A DNA stretch of 64,000 nt from UHGV virus genome UHGV-1364441; one strand, given 5' to 3'. The notes beneath the pieces are model-generated. The model was not told where the DNA came from, did no database searches, and saw nothing but the letters and a program-made list of their open reading frames with translations. Both the position numbers and the translations under genes were made by a program. This document shows positions 48,101 to 56,366 of this stretch, one piece after another (position 1 is the stretch's first letter; every line of letters starts with the position of its first letter). This DNA is from a virus.

Positions 48101-51100
48101 GCCATCTTCTTCGGCCTCGTCTACATCATCTGCCACTTTACCGCCAGCTACTTTTGGCAGGGCATCAGCAATAGCTTTTACCTTGTCTGCAAGCTCAACG
48201 GGGAACTGGAATGTAATCGCACTGGCATACAGATCAGGATCTATAGCAACCTTATCCATGTCGCGGATGATGGAGAAGATGAAATCATCCGGTTTTTCGT
48301 TTGTGATATGCCCGTTTTCATCGACCGTCAGCGCATCTTTACTACTTAACTCCTGTGCACGCTTACGAAGTTCTTCGTAAATGGCCTCTTGCTCTCCTGT
48401 CATCGGGATCTGCAAGGTATTCTCGACAATATCAGGGATTTTTACCGTCGCCCCGACGTCCGCAGCAGTCTTCAGAGTAGTCCAGCGATGGAAAATACCA
48501 CGCAGACCATCCAGGTTCTGGAAGCCCACCAGTCCCTGCTTCTCTTCCACCTCACCGGAAATTTTCTGAACCTGAACTGTGGCTGTTTTACCGAACACGC
48601 GAACGAAATCATCCGGCGTAACAATACCCATGCGCATCCACTCTTCCTGCGGAATGACAGTAGACAGCATGTTGAAAGCATCAATCGGGCTGTTCACCAG
48701 CGGTGTTGCCGTCAGCATAACCACACCACGCCCGTTGTTGCGTTTCATCATGTACGCAGCTTTTACAGCCATGTCGCGGGCCATTTTGGATACTGCCGGG
48801 TTAGGCAAATATGCCAGTTGCCCCGCTTCGCGCCCGGCGCTAAAGGAGTTGCGGTAGTTATGCCCTTCGTCGGCAATTACGCTATCGAAGTTCATATCCT
48901 CAAAGTACGGGATATTCTGCTTCTTCGTTGTACCGGTATTTGCGGCCTGGTCCTTAATCTTGTTCTTCTTCTGCGCGTCACGGTGTTTGCCAGATGCCAG
49001 GTCAAGACGCCCCATTTCCACAGCATTAAAGACCGCTTGCTGTGAGTTTTCCTCAATGGTTTCTTCTCGTAGCGGGATAGACGCGAATTGCTCTTTTGTC
49101 ATGATGACCGTTCGCCAATTTGACGACGGGATCATGTTCATGCGCTGAACGATAACGGCGCTGGCGGACTCTTTCACAACATTTCTGGTAAGAGCCTGCC
49201 CGTTACTGTCGAGGCGTGGTTCGCCATTTTCATCAAGCACCGGCGCGGTCAGAATATTTCCGCTGTCATCACGAACTTCATCCAAACCGATAAACATCAT
49301 ATTGGCGAAGGCATCAGCACTGTAGAAACTCTGTGCCTCGTGATACCAGTTCTGATAAACCGCCTTCGGAACAACAATACACGTGCGTTTAGTGCGACCT
49401 GTTTCGAAGTTATACGCCTCAAGCGCAAGCGCGGTCGTGGTTTTACCCAGCCCGGTGCCAAATCCCATGATGCCGCGCCCATCTTCTGATAAGCGACGAA
49501 CTTCTTCATTCTGATAAGTCAGAGGAATGCGCTTCCCACTAATCCCCTCCAGGCCAAGCGGTGCGTCAGAATGCGTAAACGGGATGAAGCCATTAAATGC
49601 GTCGTTATAGTCGCGGGCTATCTGATCAGCCTGCGGGTGAGTGCGTAACCAGTCGTTGAAGCTAATTTCCAGTTGAGCAATCTTATCCAGGTACTCGTTA
49701 GCGTTCTGCCCACGCGGTTTAATGCCGTTCAGGTAGTTTTCTAACTGGTTCAGGAAGCCGTCTTTATTGTTGGCCTTCTTGAACTCATTCCCGTTTTTGC
49801 CGTTTACGGTTCGTAGTTGATAGCCAGTAAATACCCCGTCCTTACCTTCGTAATCGTCCGGAGATACCAGAATGCCGTCCTCAACCTTAAGGTCGGGTTC
49901 TGTATACTTAAACTCGTCATAGCCTTGCTCTGCCAGGAACTCTTTTATCAAGCGGCGATCCAGCCAGCGGGCGTTCAGATTAACGGTGACTTTATTTAGT
50001 GGCGTGAAAATGCGTTTCTCTTCGATTTTCGCCAACTGACGCTCAAAGTTCGCTTTCTGCTCACCTGTTGACGCATCACGCCAGCCCACCAGCAATGCTG
50101 TTTTGGTTGCAATATCGCCGCTGGTGGCGCGGTCCATAGGCAGCAGGCAGCCATACCCATCAATAGCGATATCATCAAATTTCGCCAGGTATTCCAGAGC
50201 AGCATCGTCGTCTCCTGGCAGTTCGCCAGCAAACGCCTCACGAAAATAGTCCAGTGTGATTGGATTAAGTGCCACGTCACTGAAAAGGTGGGTTACAACT
50301 TGTTCCGGGCGTGTAAAGTCAATACCGGCAGCACCATCCGTTACATCAAGTCGTCCAGCAAGGAGGTCAGAAGCAGAGCCGTCCTGTTTCACGTTGCCAG
50401 TGAAAGTCATCCAGTTTTTAGCGCCAGCTTCAGCAATCCCATTCAGCTTAATCGCGTGCGGCGGACCATACTTCGCAATTTCGGCTTCCGCCAGGCGCGC
50501 GGCATCAGCAAGTTCATCATCAACATTTTCCCCCAGATTACGCTTATCAAGCGCCTTGTTGATCAACTGCCCTATCAGTGCGCCGCGCATAACGCGTTCT
50601 CTGTCTTTTTCTCTCTGCTTGCCAGCAAAGCGAATCATTGCCGCTACTTCATCACTGATAACCGACGGATAGTCGGACGCGATCGCCGATATCTGGTCCC
50701 ATGACAACGCCAGAATGCCATTTGTTGACTGAAACGCGATCTGCAGATCACCAAACGTCGTAACACCATATCGATTTACATCAAGCGCGGAGGATTTGGT
50801 TGTCGCGTCCTTGACCCATTTCAGACCATCAAACTCATGCCAGATGCCGCCTACAAGGCGTTTATCGCCCACTTTCGCGCCCTGCCATGCCTGAGTAGTT
50901 ACGCCAAGCAAATCCCAATTAATGCGGCTTTCAAAGCGGCGCGATAGAGCGGTTTTCATCGACTCATTGGATACACGACCGTCCTTTTTCACCACCAGGG
51001 TATTGCGGAAGCTGGTACGCTCCATATCGCCGTAAACAAATCGCTTCCCTTCGGTTGTAAACCATTTCCCTTTGAGGAAGGTATCCCAAAGGACGTTTGC

Positions 51101-51994
51101 CGACTTGAGCGTTGCATCATCCGTGTCGGGGATCATCTCCAGGAAGGTTTCCGGGTGTTTACGCAATACCCATACGTCCACCACTGTATCTGTACCGGAT
51201 TCGCTGAACGTACCAGAAGGCATACGATGTGCGCCCAAAAATTCCGCTTTACGGCTGACTTTATCGCGCAATTTTTTGTATTTCGTACCATCGGTCATGC
51301 CATTCGGCACCACCAATACAATTAGTCCACCAGGCTTAACCTTGTCGATCGTGCGCAGCACAAAATAATTGCCAACGTTCTTCTCGTTTGCATATGCCGG
51401 ATCAAGCCCGGCGACACCGGAACGCCCTTCGCCAAACGGTACGTTACCAACAGCATGGTCATACATTGCGTCTTTCGCCGCCAGAGCTTCAAACGCCCCG
51501 ATATTCACATCGTCTTCCGGGTGCAAAAGCTGGTTTATTCGACCGGAAATCGGAGACAGTTCGGCGCTGGTCATTATCATGCCCTGCCGTTTTGTCTCCT
51601 GGAAAATACCTGTGCCCGCTGATGGTTCCAGTACGTGCCCACCATCAATACCGTAGTCAGCAAACAGATCCCATATACCTTCAGCCATAAACTGTGGCGT
51701 GTAGTATTCGTATTGGCTGCCCTCACCATCTGTCAGGCCACCTTCACCGGTATACCCGGCAAGAATCTGACGTTGTTCGTCAGTTAATTTCGCCCCATCG
51801 AAGCCGGGCGGAAGGGAATTAAGAAGATTTACTGCGGCATTGTTTGCTGCCCGGCGTGTTTTCTGAATACTGACGCCATCGGCTTTCCTGACGCCAAAGG
51901 TCGCAACAGCACGTAATTTATGCAACCGACTAACAATTTCAATCAGTTCGCCTAAGCTGGAGGCTTCACTGATTGAATGAAGTAGTTTGTCCAA
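45155..51994 (-). CDS. darB: DarB-like giant anti-restriction protein: N6-adenine methyltransferase plus SF2 (DEGH/SNF2-like) helicase, 2279 aa
   Basis: SAM-binding LEPSAGTG, NVPFG motif, helicase Walker A GTGLGKT, DEGH box, LTATP, QRNGRGAR; size matches P1 DarB. Confidence 0.8.
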   Translation of the reverse strand: MDKLLHSISEASSLGELIEIVSRLHKLRAVATFGVRKADGVSIQKTRRAANNAAVNLLNSLPPGFDGAKLTDEQRQILAGYTGEGGLTDGEGSQYEYYTPQFMAEGIWDLFADYGIDGGHVLEPSAGTGIFQETKRQGMIMTSAELSPISGRINQLLHPEDDVNIGAFEALAAKDAMYDHAVGNVPFGEGRSGVAGLDPAYANEKNVGNYFVLRTIDKVKPGGLIVLVVPNGMTDGTKYKKLRDKVSRKAEFLGAHRMPSGTFSESGTDTVVDVWVLRKHPETFLEMIPDTDDATLKSANVLWDTFLKGKWFTTEGKRFVYGDMERTSFRNTLVVKKDGRVSNESMKTALSRRFESRINWDLLGVTTQAWQGAKVGDKRLVGGIWHEFDGLKWVKDATTKSSALDVNRYGVTTFGDLQIAFQSTNGILALSWDQISAIASDYPSVISDEVAAMIRFAGKQREKDRERVMRGALIGQLINKALDKRNLGENVDDELADAARLAEAEIAKYGPPHAIKLNGIAEAGAKNWMTFTGNVKQDGSASDLLAGRLDVTDGAAGIDFTRPEQVVTHLFSDVALNPITLDYFREAFAGELPGDDDAALEYLAKFDDIAIDGYGCLLPMDRATSGDIATKTALLVGWRDASTGEQKANFERQLAKIEEKRIFTPLNKVTVNLNARWLDRRLIKEFLAEQGYDEFKYTEPDLKVEDGILVSPDDYEGKDGVFTGYQLRTVNGKNGNEFKKANNKDGFLNQLENYLNGIKPRGQNANEYLDKIAQLEISFNDWLRTHPQADQIARDYNDAFNGFIPFTHSDAPLGLEGISGKRIPLTYQNEEVRRLSEDGRGIMGFGTGLGKTTTALALEAYNFETGRTKRTCIVVPKAVYQNWYHEAQSFYSADAFANMMFIGLDEVRDDSGNILTAPVLDENGEPRLDSNGQALTRNVVKESASAVIVQRMNMIPSSNWRTVIMTKEQFASIPLREETIEENSQQAVFNAVEMGRLDLASGKHRDAQKKNKIKDQAANTGTTKKQNIPYFEDMNFDSVIADEGHNYRNSFSAGREAGQLAYLPNPAVSKMARDMAVKAAYMMKRNNGRGVVMLTATPLVNSPIDAFNMLSTVIPQEEWMRMGIVTPDDFVRVFGKTATVQVQKISGEVEEKQGLVGFQNLDGLRGIFHRWTTLKTAADVGATVKIPDIVENTLQIPMTGEQEAIYEELRKRAQELSSKDALTVDENGHITNEKPDDFIFSIIRDMDKVAIDPDLYASAITFQFPVELADKVKAIADALPKVAGGKVADDVDEAEEDGAGGLVSTRTSKVVKTTFSEHPSHVEIRAGIELEAEILKAIAAAGIDMQQVSHPIPPKYAALIENLREGLKNGKQIVFIDEKAQHQKLRRIIASALQMPEQEIGIINATTVSQAGGVKLKKVNKPTEPTPNKNGEYKEGAWETYYSKLAQYEDYLSAKNDAGLEGMEGIAADYNEGRTRIIICNKKAEVGINLHIGTTDIHHLTLPWTPASIDQRNGRGARVGSPQEKVNVHYYCGKGTFDDFRLDTLKRKKDWINMVMTSDMSEIANGDADDADERAIMLAANPEERRAIMSRQAQEREERLKLKALREANNALDNYLKAANAAGKDIGMMETELKSAMEQVEHYQRNLDDLIKAGTNRNGQKYVLEQLRDYRKRVRELRFAITRAKDADTVMKRSRGDLERAIKAGVLELDADVLQNPQEYVRTEKNILLHKGSHYRAIIDENHNTTAIVRVTAIDAERGGCTCRISWLDVASRYSRSPGTALFLPFNLIIESVTFEEGVAESRETAARGVQCHQLSTTLTRDQFYDAIRNGVMNVTAGKPGRVWGGGSAIKYWAYRTDDGQIALSSAYDGVIGQKIGRASDIAPERWIYPDGNDEALKREVAKIQASDNPLNVVDGEGFLQALYGYDYIQGMQAWGSQATMDDVSQEFENWMAGRGLSGRSLNKVTSEDILSLFRKPSGEGLESFWKTVVAYRLFQGRMKAFSNTDDIERMFNQVKAAKITAKIEKTRAALVAWRDALFEQYKSLSDADGWSALEQLANNGVDGAKLAIVQADNPLDSPAAQWIKVGAVINAFDEKHISKDDFADAVSVNRLVEMAVRRARALKDGDYVNELPDALKSATWQDYVSLKNGGATESEIAERLEQAESKREEQAAVAEARAEEAANDDYIIVVNDKPIRAKARVRGRWWSVSEDVGAVYLIADQPGSSTIRNAKDAIKKIGGRFWNFEANPVADVNFDRPAWMVSTRYSVDELRKIIADAA

Positions 51995-52145
51995 AGGATT
52001 TCCCCCTCTAAACCGTAAAAATTTCCGCTATGCGGTACGGTTGAGAGGGTATGGAGAATGTTATTTTCATGGGGACGATACTACCGTCAAAATCACATAC
52101 TCCCCATAGTTTGCCTACTTATTAACCCATGACCGGGAGAAAAAT

Positions 52146-52631
52146 ATGGCAAATATTGAACCTCGCTGGCTAATTGAAGCCCGTAAGCACATTGGCCTGA
52201 CTGAAATAAAAGGCGCTAAACACAACCCTGAAATCGTTCAGTTCTGGCGCGACATCAAGCGCGGCGGAATTAAAGACGATGAAACGCCGTGGTGCGCAGC
52301 ATTTGTCGGTGCAATGCTGGAACGTGTAGGCATCCGCTCAACAAGATTTGAGTCGGCAAAATCCTATCTGGATTGGGGCGAGAAATTAGATACACCGGCA
52401 TACGGATGTATCGTTGTATTTACCCGCGTAGGCGGTGGGCACGTAGGCTTCGTTGTCGGACGCCGTGCCAATGGCGATCTGCTTGTCCTGGGTGGGAACC
52501 AGGGGGATGCGGTTAATATTCGCGCATTCCCAACATCAAGAGTGTCTGGCTATCGCTGGCCTGCTGGCGAACCACGCAATACCGCTCTGTTACCAGTCGG
52601 AGACGCAGCAACCTCAACTAATGAGGCATGA
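52146..52631 (+). CDS. CHAP/NlpC-P60-like cysteine peptidase (putative cell-wall hydrolase)
   Basis: Conserved Cys (TPWCAAFV) and His (GGGHVGFVV) arrangement; divergent from DarB-like gene. Confidence 0.55.
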   Translation: MANIEPRWLIEARKHIGLTEIKGAKHNPEIVQFWRDIKRGGIKDDETPWCAAFVGAMLERVGIRSTRFESAKSYLDWGEKLDTPAYGCIVVFTRVGGGHVGFVVGRRANGDLLVLGGNQGDAVNIRAFPTSRVSGYRWPAGEPRNTALLPVGDAATSTNEA

Positions 52632-52663
52632 AAAAAGCCCCGGCTTGGCCGGGGCATCACGCT

Positions 52664-52864
52664 TCAAGTCACGATCCAATCATTACCGACTATATCAGCC
52701 GTCGATAAATCAACTTCCCGGATCTGGAGTCCATTAATACAAAACCATCCGGTAGTAGAGTAATTATCAGGCCAGGCCCATACACCAACACTCCATGCTT
52801 TACGGCGGCACACTTCAGCCTGTTCTTCCCTGATTTTTTTTACCGCCTGCATGATGTCCATCAC
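52664..52864 (-). CDS. Hypothetical protein (66 aa)
   Basis: ORF coupled downstream of the Rha-like gene. Confidence 0.35.
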   Translation of the reverse strand: MMDIMQAVKKIREEQAEVCRRKAWSVGVWAWPDNYSTTGWFCINGLQIREVDLSTADIVGNDWIVT

Positions 52865-53553
52865 TCACCTCCCCAACCGATCACCTGGAATTGCCCCATT
52901 TTTGGGTGATACCAGCGTTTTCCTCGGTGTTCAGCCTCCGACATCATCCGGTTAAAAGCATTCATGAAGGGAGATAAGGCCACGATGGATCGACGCGACA
53001 ATACCCCCTCTGGAGTTAAAAACTCATGTGTATCGGTGGGAATCCGGTAAGCGTTGACCAGGTTGCGACATTTGGCTTTGGTCAGGCCGCATTTTGCCGC
53101 CAGCTGGCGGTAGCCAATGTAGCCTTCCGGCATATTGCCTTTCTTGATTTGCTCAACGGTTTCAGCGACCTGGCTAACCTTTGACTCAACAGCATGAAGC
53201 CGCTTTTGCTGCTGAACTGCATTTGCAGCCATTGCGGCGATCTTCTCTATTTCGGTCAACGGCTGGCGTACTTGTTCTTCCAGTTCGCGCCAGCGGTCCA
53301 CCAGCCGGGCGGTGAATTCCGGAGAGAGCTGCGCAACGACAATAATGCTGTCTCGTTTGCCTTGCTCGCCTTCGAAGACGTAATAGCTCGCCGGGCGGCC
53401 TGCGGTGGGCTTTTCCTCAATTTGAGGAAAAGATATTACGCCCCGTTCCGCTAGGTGTTCAATGGTGCGTTTAACGTTATCAGGGCGCTTACCTACCAGT
53501 TCCGCGATCTCAATGCTGGTCATTGATGGCTTTTCAAGAATGCAGATATCCAT
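52861..53553 (-). CDS. Rha-family phage regulatory protein (antirepressor-like)
   Basis: N-terminal Rha/Bro-N-like HTH region; ATG 53553 with GGAGG RBS, ATGA overlap with upstream ORF. Confidence 0.65.
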   Translation of the reverse strand: MDICILEKPSMTSIEIAELVGKRPDNVKRTIEHLAERGVISFPQIEEKPTAGRPASYYVFEGEQGKRDSIIVVAQLSPEFTARLVDRWRELEEQVRQPLTEIEKIAAMAANAVQQQKRLHAVESKVSQVAETVEQIKKGNMPEGYIGYRQLAAKCGLTKAKCRNLVNAYRIPTDTHEFLTPEGVLSRRSIVALSPFMNAFNRMMSEAEHRGKRWYHPKMGQFQVIGWGGE

Positions 53554-53975
53554 CAGTGTGCCTCCGCAATTCCGGAATTGGTAATATTGCGATACCAAGG
53601 ATTAGTGTTTGGTTGTGATGAAGAAGAGAAACGGCCAGTAAGGACGCCATGTTGATCAGGGATCAGAGAACGGGCTTCTTTTTCAGTTGCGGCAATTGCG
53701 AAGTGATCACAGTGTTTTTGCAGGGAGTGGAAACGCCAGATAAATTCCGGGCGCGAGCAAGGATTGGCATTAACCATAGTTACGGCCTCATTCGTAGGTT
53801 TAACAACCTGCGCCCCGCTGCTAAACGGGTGGCAGGACGTGACGGGGTTAGCAGACTGGCACGAATGAAACCAGCAGGCCGAAGCCTCCCCATCACGCCC
53901 CACCATAATTCGGGCGTAACGTGGTTTTACGGACACAAAAATACCGCAATATCGGATATCTGCGGTTGTCCGCAT
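53553..53975 (-). CDS. Hypothetical protein upstream of the Rha-like gene
   Basis: Coupled ORF; an antisense ORF 53649-53993 competes, so the coding frame is uncertain. Confidence 0.3.
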   Translation of the reverse strand: MRTTADIRYCGIFVSVKPRYARIMVGRDGEASACWFHSCQSANPVTSCHPFSSGAQVVKPTNEAVTMVNANPCSRPEFIWRFHSLQKHCDHFAIAATEKEARSLIPDQHGVLTGRFSSSSQPNTNPWYRNITNSGIAEAH

Positions 53976-54120
53976 TCGTATTCAGGCTGCTAAACCCGGT
54001 CGCAGAATTTGCTACGACGACATGAATATAAGCCTGAAAACATGGAAGATCAACTAAAAATTTCAGCAATGGATGACTTCAGTCGATGATGCAGATCATA
54101 CATTCCGATTTAGAAACGGC

Positions 54121-54144
54121 AAATTAATTTTCTAACACAAAATG
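54121..54144 (-). promoter_or_regulatory. Operator-like motif (minus strand TTTTGTGTTAGAAAATTAATTT), ~150 bp upstream of the 53975 start
   Basis: Instance of the recurrent motif. Confidence 0.5.
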
Positions 54145-54191
54145 TCGAGCGAGCATTTTCCGATCATTGGGATGTTTTGTAGACGCACAGG

Positions 54192-55154
54192 TCATCCCCT
54201 AAAGCCAGCCGGGATTGACCAATCCTCACGGTCAAATTCAGACCGATAGCCACGCTGTTTCATCAGGTCAAAGGCTTCACCAATGGTTGCACACCCCTGG
54301 GAGCCAGAATAATCCATTGAGAAATCCAGGGCACTGGATTGTTTAGGCTTATTCACTGCGGTAGCGGCACTACGTATCCATGCAAATTTTTTTGCCAGCT
54401 TTTCAGCGGTACGATACAGAGCCTGCCGTTTTGTGTGCCCCTCGTCTGAACGACGCTTTGCAGCTCTCGCTTTTGCCGCCGCCAGGCAGTGGTTGGTCTG
54501 TTCTTCCCTGATTACTGTTTTTTTATCCAGTACCCCGTTATCCGTTTGAGAACTATCTGCTGGTGAAGCCTTTGGCTGAACCGCGCATGATCTTTCTCTT
54601 CTTTTGGCTATAGAGTGACTCTTATTTTCTATTGGCTGTTCATTTTGAACATGGGGGGACTTGTTCAATTTGAACAGGGGGTTCCCAGTTTCAAAAAAAT
54701 AACGAACCTTTGAAATCAACTGCTTAACCAGTTTTGTGGCGTTGGCAAATTTGATGCCCTGCTTACCCCCTATCTCCATTGCTACATGAATGAAGTGGAG
54801 AAATTGTGTCGTAAACCGATATACGTTACACACCTGGGCATTGTTATTCGCTACCTGATGTTGCTTAACAAGCATTCCGCACTTCGTCGCTTCAGCAAAT
54901 GCCCGGCGTACAGTAGAAATACTGCGTCCTGTAATCTCGGACATATCAGCATATGAGCGACGGATCATGTATTCATCGGTAGACCCTGCCAGGTTGGCGA
55001 ACTCGGCAATAATGGCGCTATGTGAAGGGGAAAGAAGACCGCTATGACGAGCAAAAAAACTCAACTGATGACCTTTGATTTTTTTGTGGTATTCAGTGTT
55101 GTTTTTATACTCAGAAGTGTTGAAAGTTACTGAAACTGAATTTAAAATATTCAT
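54192..55154 (-). CDS. Hypothetical DNA-binding protein, possibly replication-associated
   Basis: N-terminal HTH-like segment ITGRSISTVRRAFAEATKCGMLV; 320 aa. Confidence 0.45.
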   Translation of the reverse strand: MNILNSVSVTFNTSEYKNNTEYHKKIKGHQLSFFARHSGLLSPSHSAIIAEFANLAGSTDEYMIRRSYADMSEITGRSISTVRRAFAEATKCGMLVKQHQVANNNAQVCNVYRFTTQFLHFIHVAMEIGGKQGIKFANATKLVKQLISKVRYFFETGNPLFKLNKSPHVQNEQPIENKSHSIAKRRERSCAVQPKASPADSSQTDNGVLDKKTVIREEQTNHCLAAAKARAAKRRSDEGHTKRQALYRTAEKLAKKFAWIRSAATAVNKPKQSSALDFSMDYSGSQGCATIGEAFDLMKQRGYRSEFDREDWSIPAGFRG

Positions 55155-55214
55155 CAGATAGTTCCGTGCAAAAATCTATCTACCGTATAAATCTATGCCA
55201 GTGGATTTATACAC

Positions 55215-55249
55215 CAAAAAGCCGCTTCTCAGCGGCTTTTGCTTTTTTT
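55215..55249. terminator. Bidirectional rho-independent terminator
   Basis: GCCGC-TTCTCA-GCGGC hairpin with T-runs on both strands. Confidence 0.65.
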
Positions 55250-55324
55250 GGCAGTCGCTACCGGAGCAGTGACCGCGATCCTACTCGATCACATCGGACA
55301 GGATCAACAGTGTATATAAATACA

Positions 55325-55345
55325 CTATGTTAGAAATTTAATTTC
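55325..55345 (+). promoter_or_regulatory. Operator-like motif CTATGTTAGAAATTTAATTTC
   Basis: Instance of the recurrent motif between the late-operon end and the terminator. Confidence 0.5.
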
Positions 55346-55354
55346 ATGCAGCGG

Positions 55355-56353
55355 TTATCCCCGTCGCGAAACGAAGAGTAATGGGGTAGTATTTTTGCTC
55401 TCCTTCGGCGATAACTCCGGCTCTTTCTTGCCTGATATCGGCAAGCCATAAGTCGCATTTGCCCCCAGAGATTCAAGCATCGCAGCCACTATGCGAGCAT
55501 CATCTTCAGACTGCATACGGCAGAGCGCCCGACGCTGTTCTGCGCTGATAAAAACAGGCAGCTCCTGGATAGCATCACGCAAAATCCTACGGCATTTCTT
55601 CGCATCTTCGCCCTGGCTTTCCATCATTGCGGCCTGGTTGCGTAATTTGTCGCGAAGTTGCATATTTTCCACTTCAAGGAGCATCAATTCTGACTCAAGG
55701 GCTTCACGCTGTGCTGACTCGAAAATAGCCTGCTGATTCTTCATTGCTGAAAAGTGGTGAACAAGATCCGTAGCCGCGTTATCGGTAAAACCTTGTTCGA
55801 TAAGTGCCGCATGAATAGCCGCGTCGCGCTCTTCTGCTGATTCAAGCATCAGGCTTTTCTTGTCGAGGCTGATATAGTTAGGAACAGTTACGTAATCAAA
55901 GCCGTGGAAAGACTTTACCAGGGATACCGATGAATCTGGACCAGATGTAGCCCACGACCAACCACCAGCACCAGAGTTAATCATGCCCTGAACAATACGC
56001 CCGGTGTCTGTATCCAGTATTTCCTGCGTATGAGTAACAATGCCGTTGTCGTCAATCGAAATGTCGATAGTCCTGTTTGACGGCACGTTCTCCAATACAA
56101 CAGGCTTCCCATCTACCATCACAACAGAGACTTCCGGCAAGTTCAGGCTTTTCGTTTTGTTATAGTGCATCGCCCGGCGACCATGACCGTAATAACCATA
56201 CATCTCACCCAGCGCGATACGCTCTTTTGTTTCTGGCGAGTTGAATGTGTCTCGTACCGACTGAATGACGTAATTTCGGTTGTTCTGCGGTGTGTGTTTG
56301 CGGATTTTCTCTACCAGGGAGAAGCGATCCGTAACAGTATTCAGTGATTGCAT
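55355..56353 (-). CDS. Hypothetical protein (332 aa), last gene of a long minus-strand operon
   Basis: Coiled-coil C-terminal half; possible head-assembly role is inference only. Confidence 0.45.
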   Translation of the reverse strand: MQSLNTVTDRFSLVEKIRKHTPQNNRNYVIQSVRDTFNSPETKERIALGEMYGYYGHGRRAMHYNKTKSLNLPEVSVVMVDGKPVVLENVPSNRTIDISIDDNGIVTHTQEILDTDTGRIVQGMINSGAGGWSWATSGPDSSVSLVKSFHGFDYVTVPNYISLDKKSLMLESAEERDAAIHAALIEQGFTDNAATDLVHHFSAMKNQQAIFESAQREALESELMLLEVENMQLRDKLRNQAAMMESQGEDAKKCRRILRDAIQELPVFISAEQRRALCRMQSEDDARIVAAMLESLGANATYGLPISGKKEPELSPKESKNTTPLLFVSRRG

Positions 56354-56366
56354 TATTTCCCTCCGG

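Noticed and set aside
45235-50704. Multiple 60-230 aa ORFs on both strands within the DarB-like gene
   Set aside because: All lie inside one continuous 2279-aa reading frame with coherent methyltransferase and helicase motifs; they are low-complexity shadow frames.
53649-53993. Plus-strand 114-aa ORF opposite the 53553-53975 minus ORF
   Set aside because: Neither frame is recognisable; the minus frame is favoured only because its stop overlaps the Rha-like start (ATGA) in an operon context, so the plus ORF is not reported.
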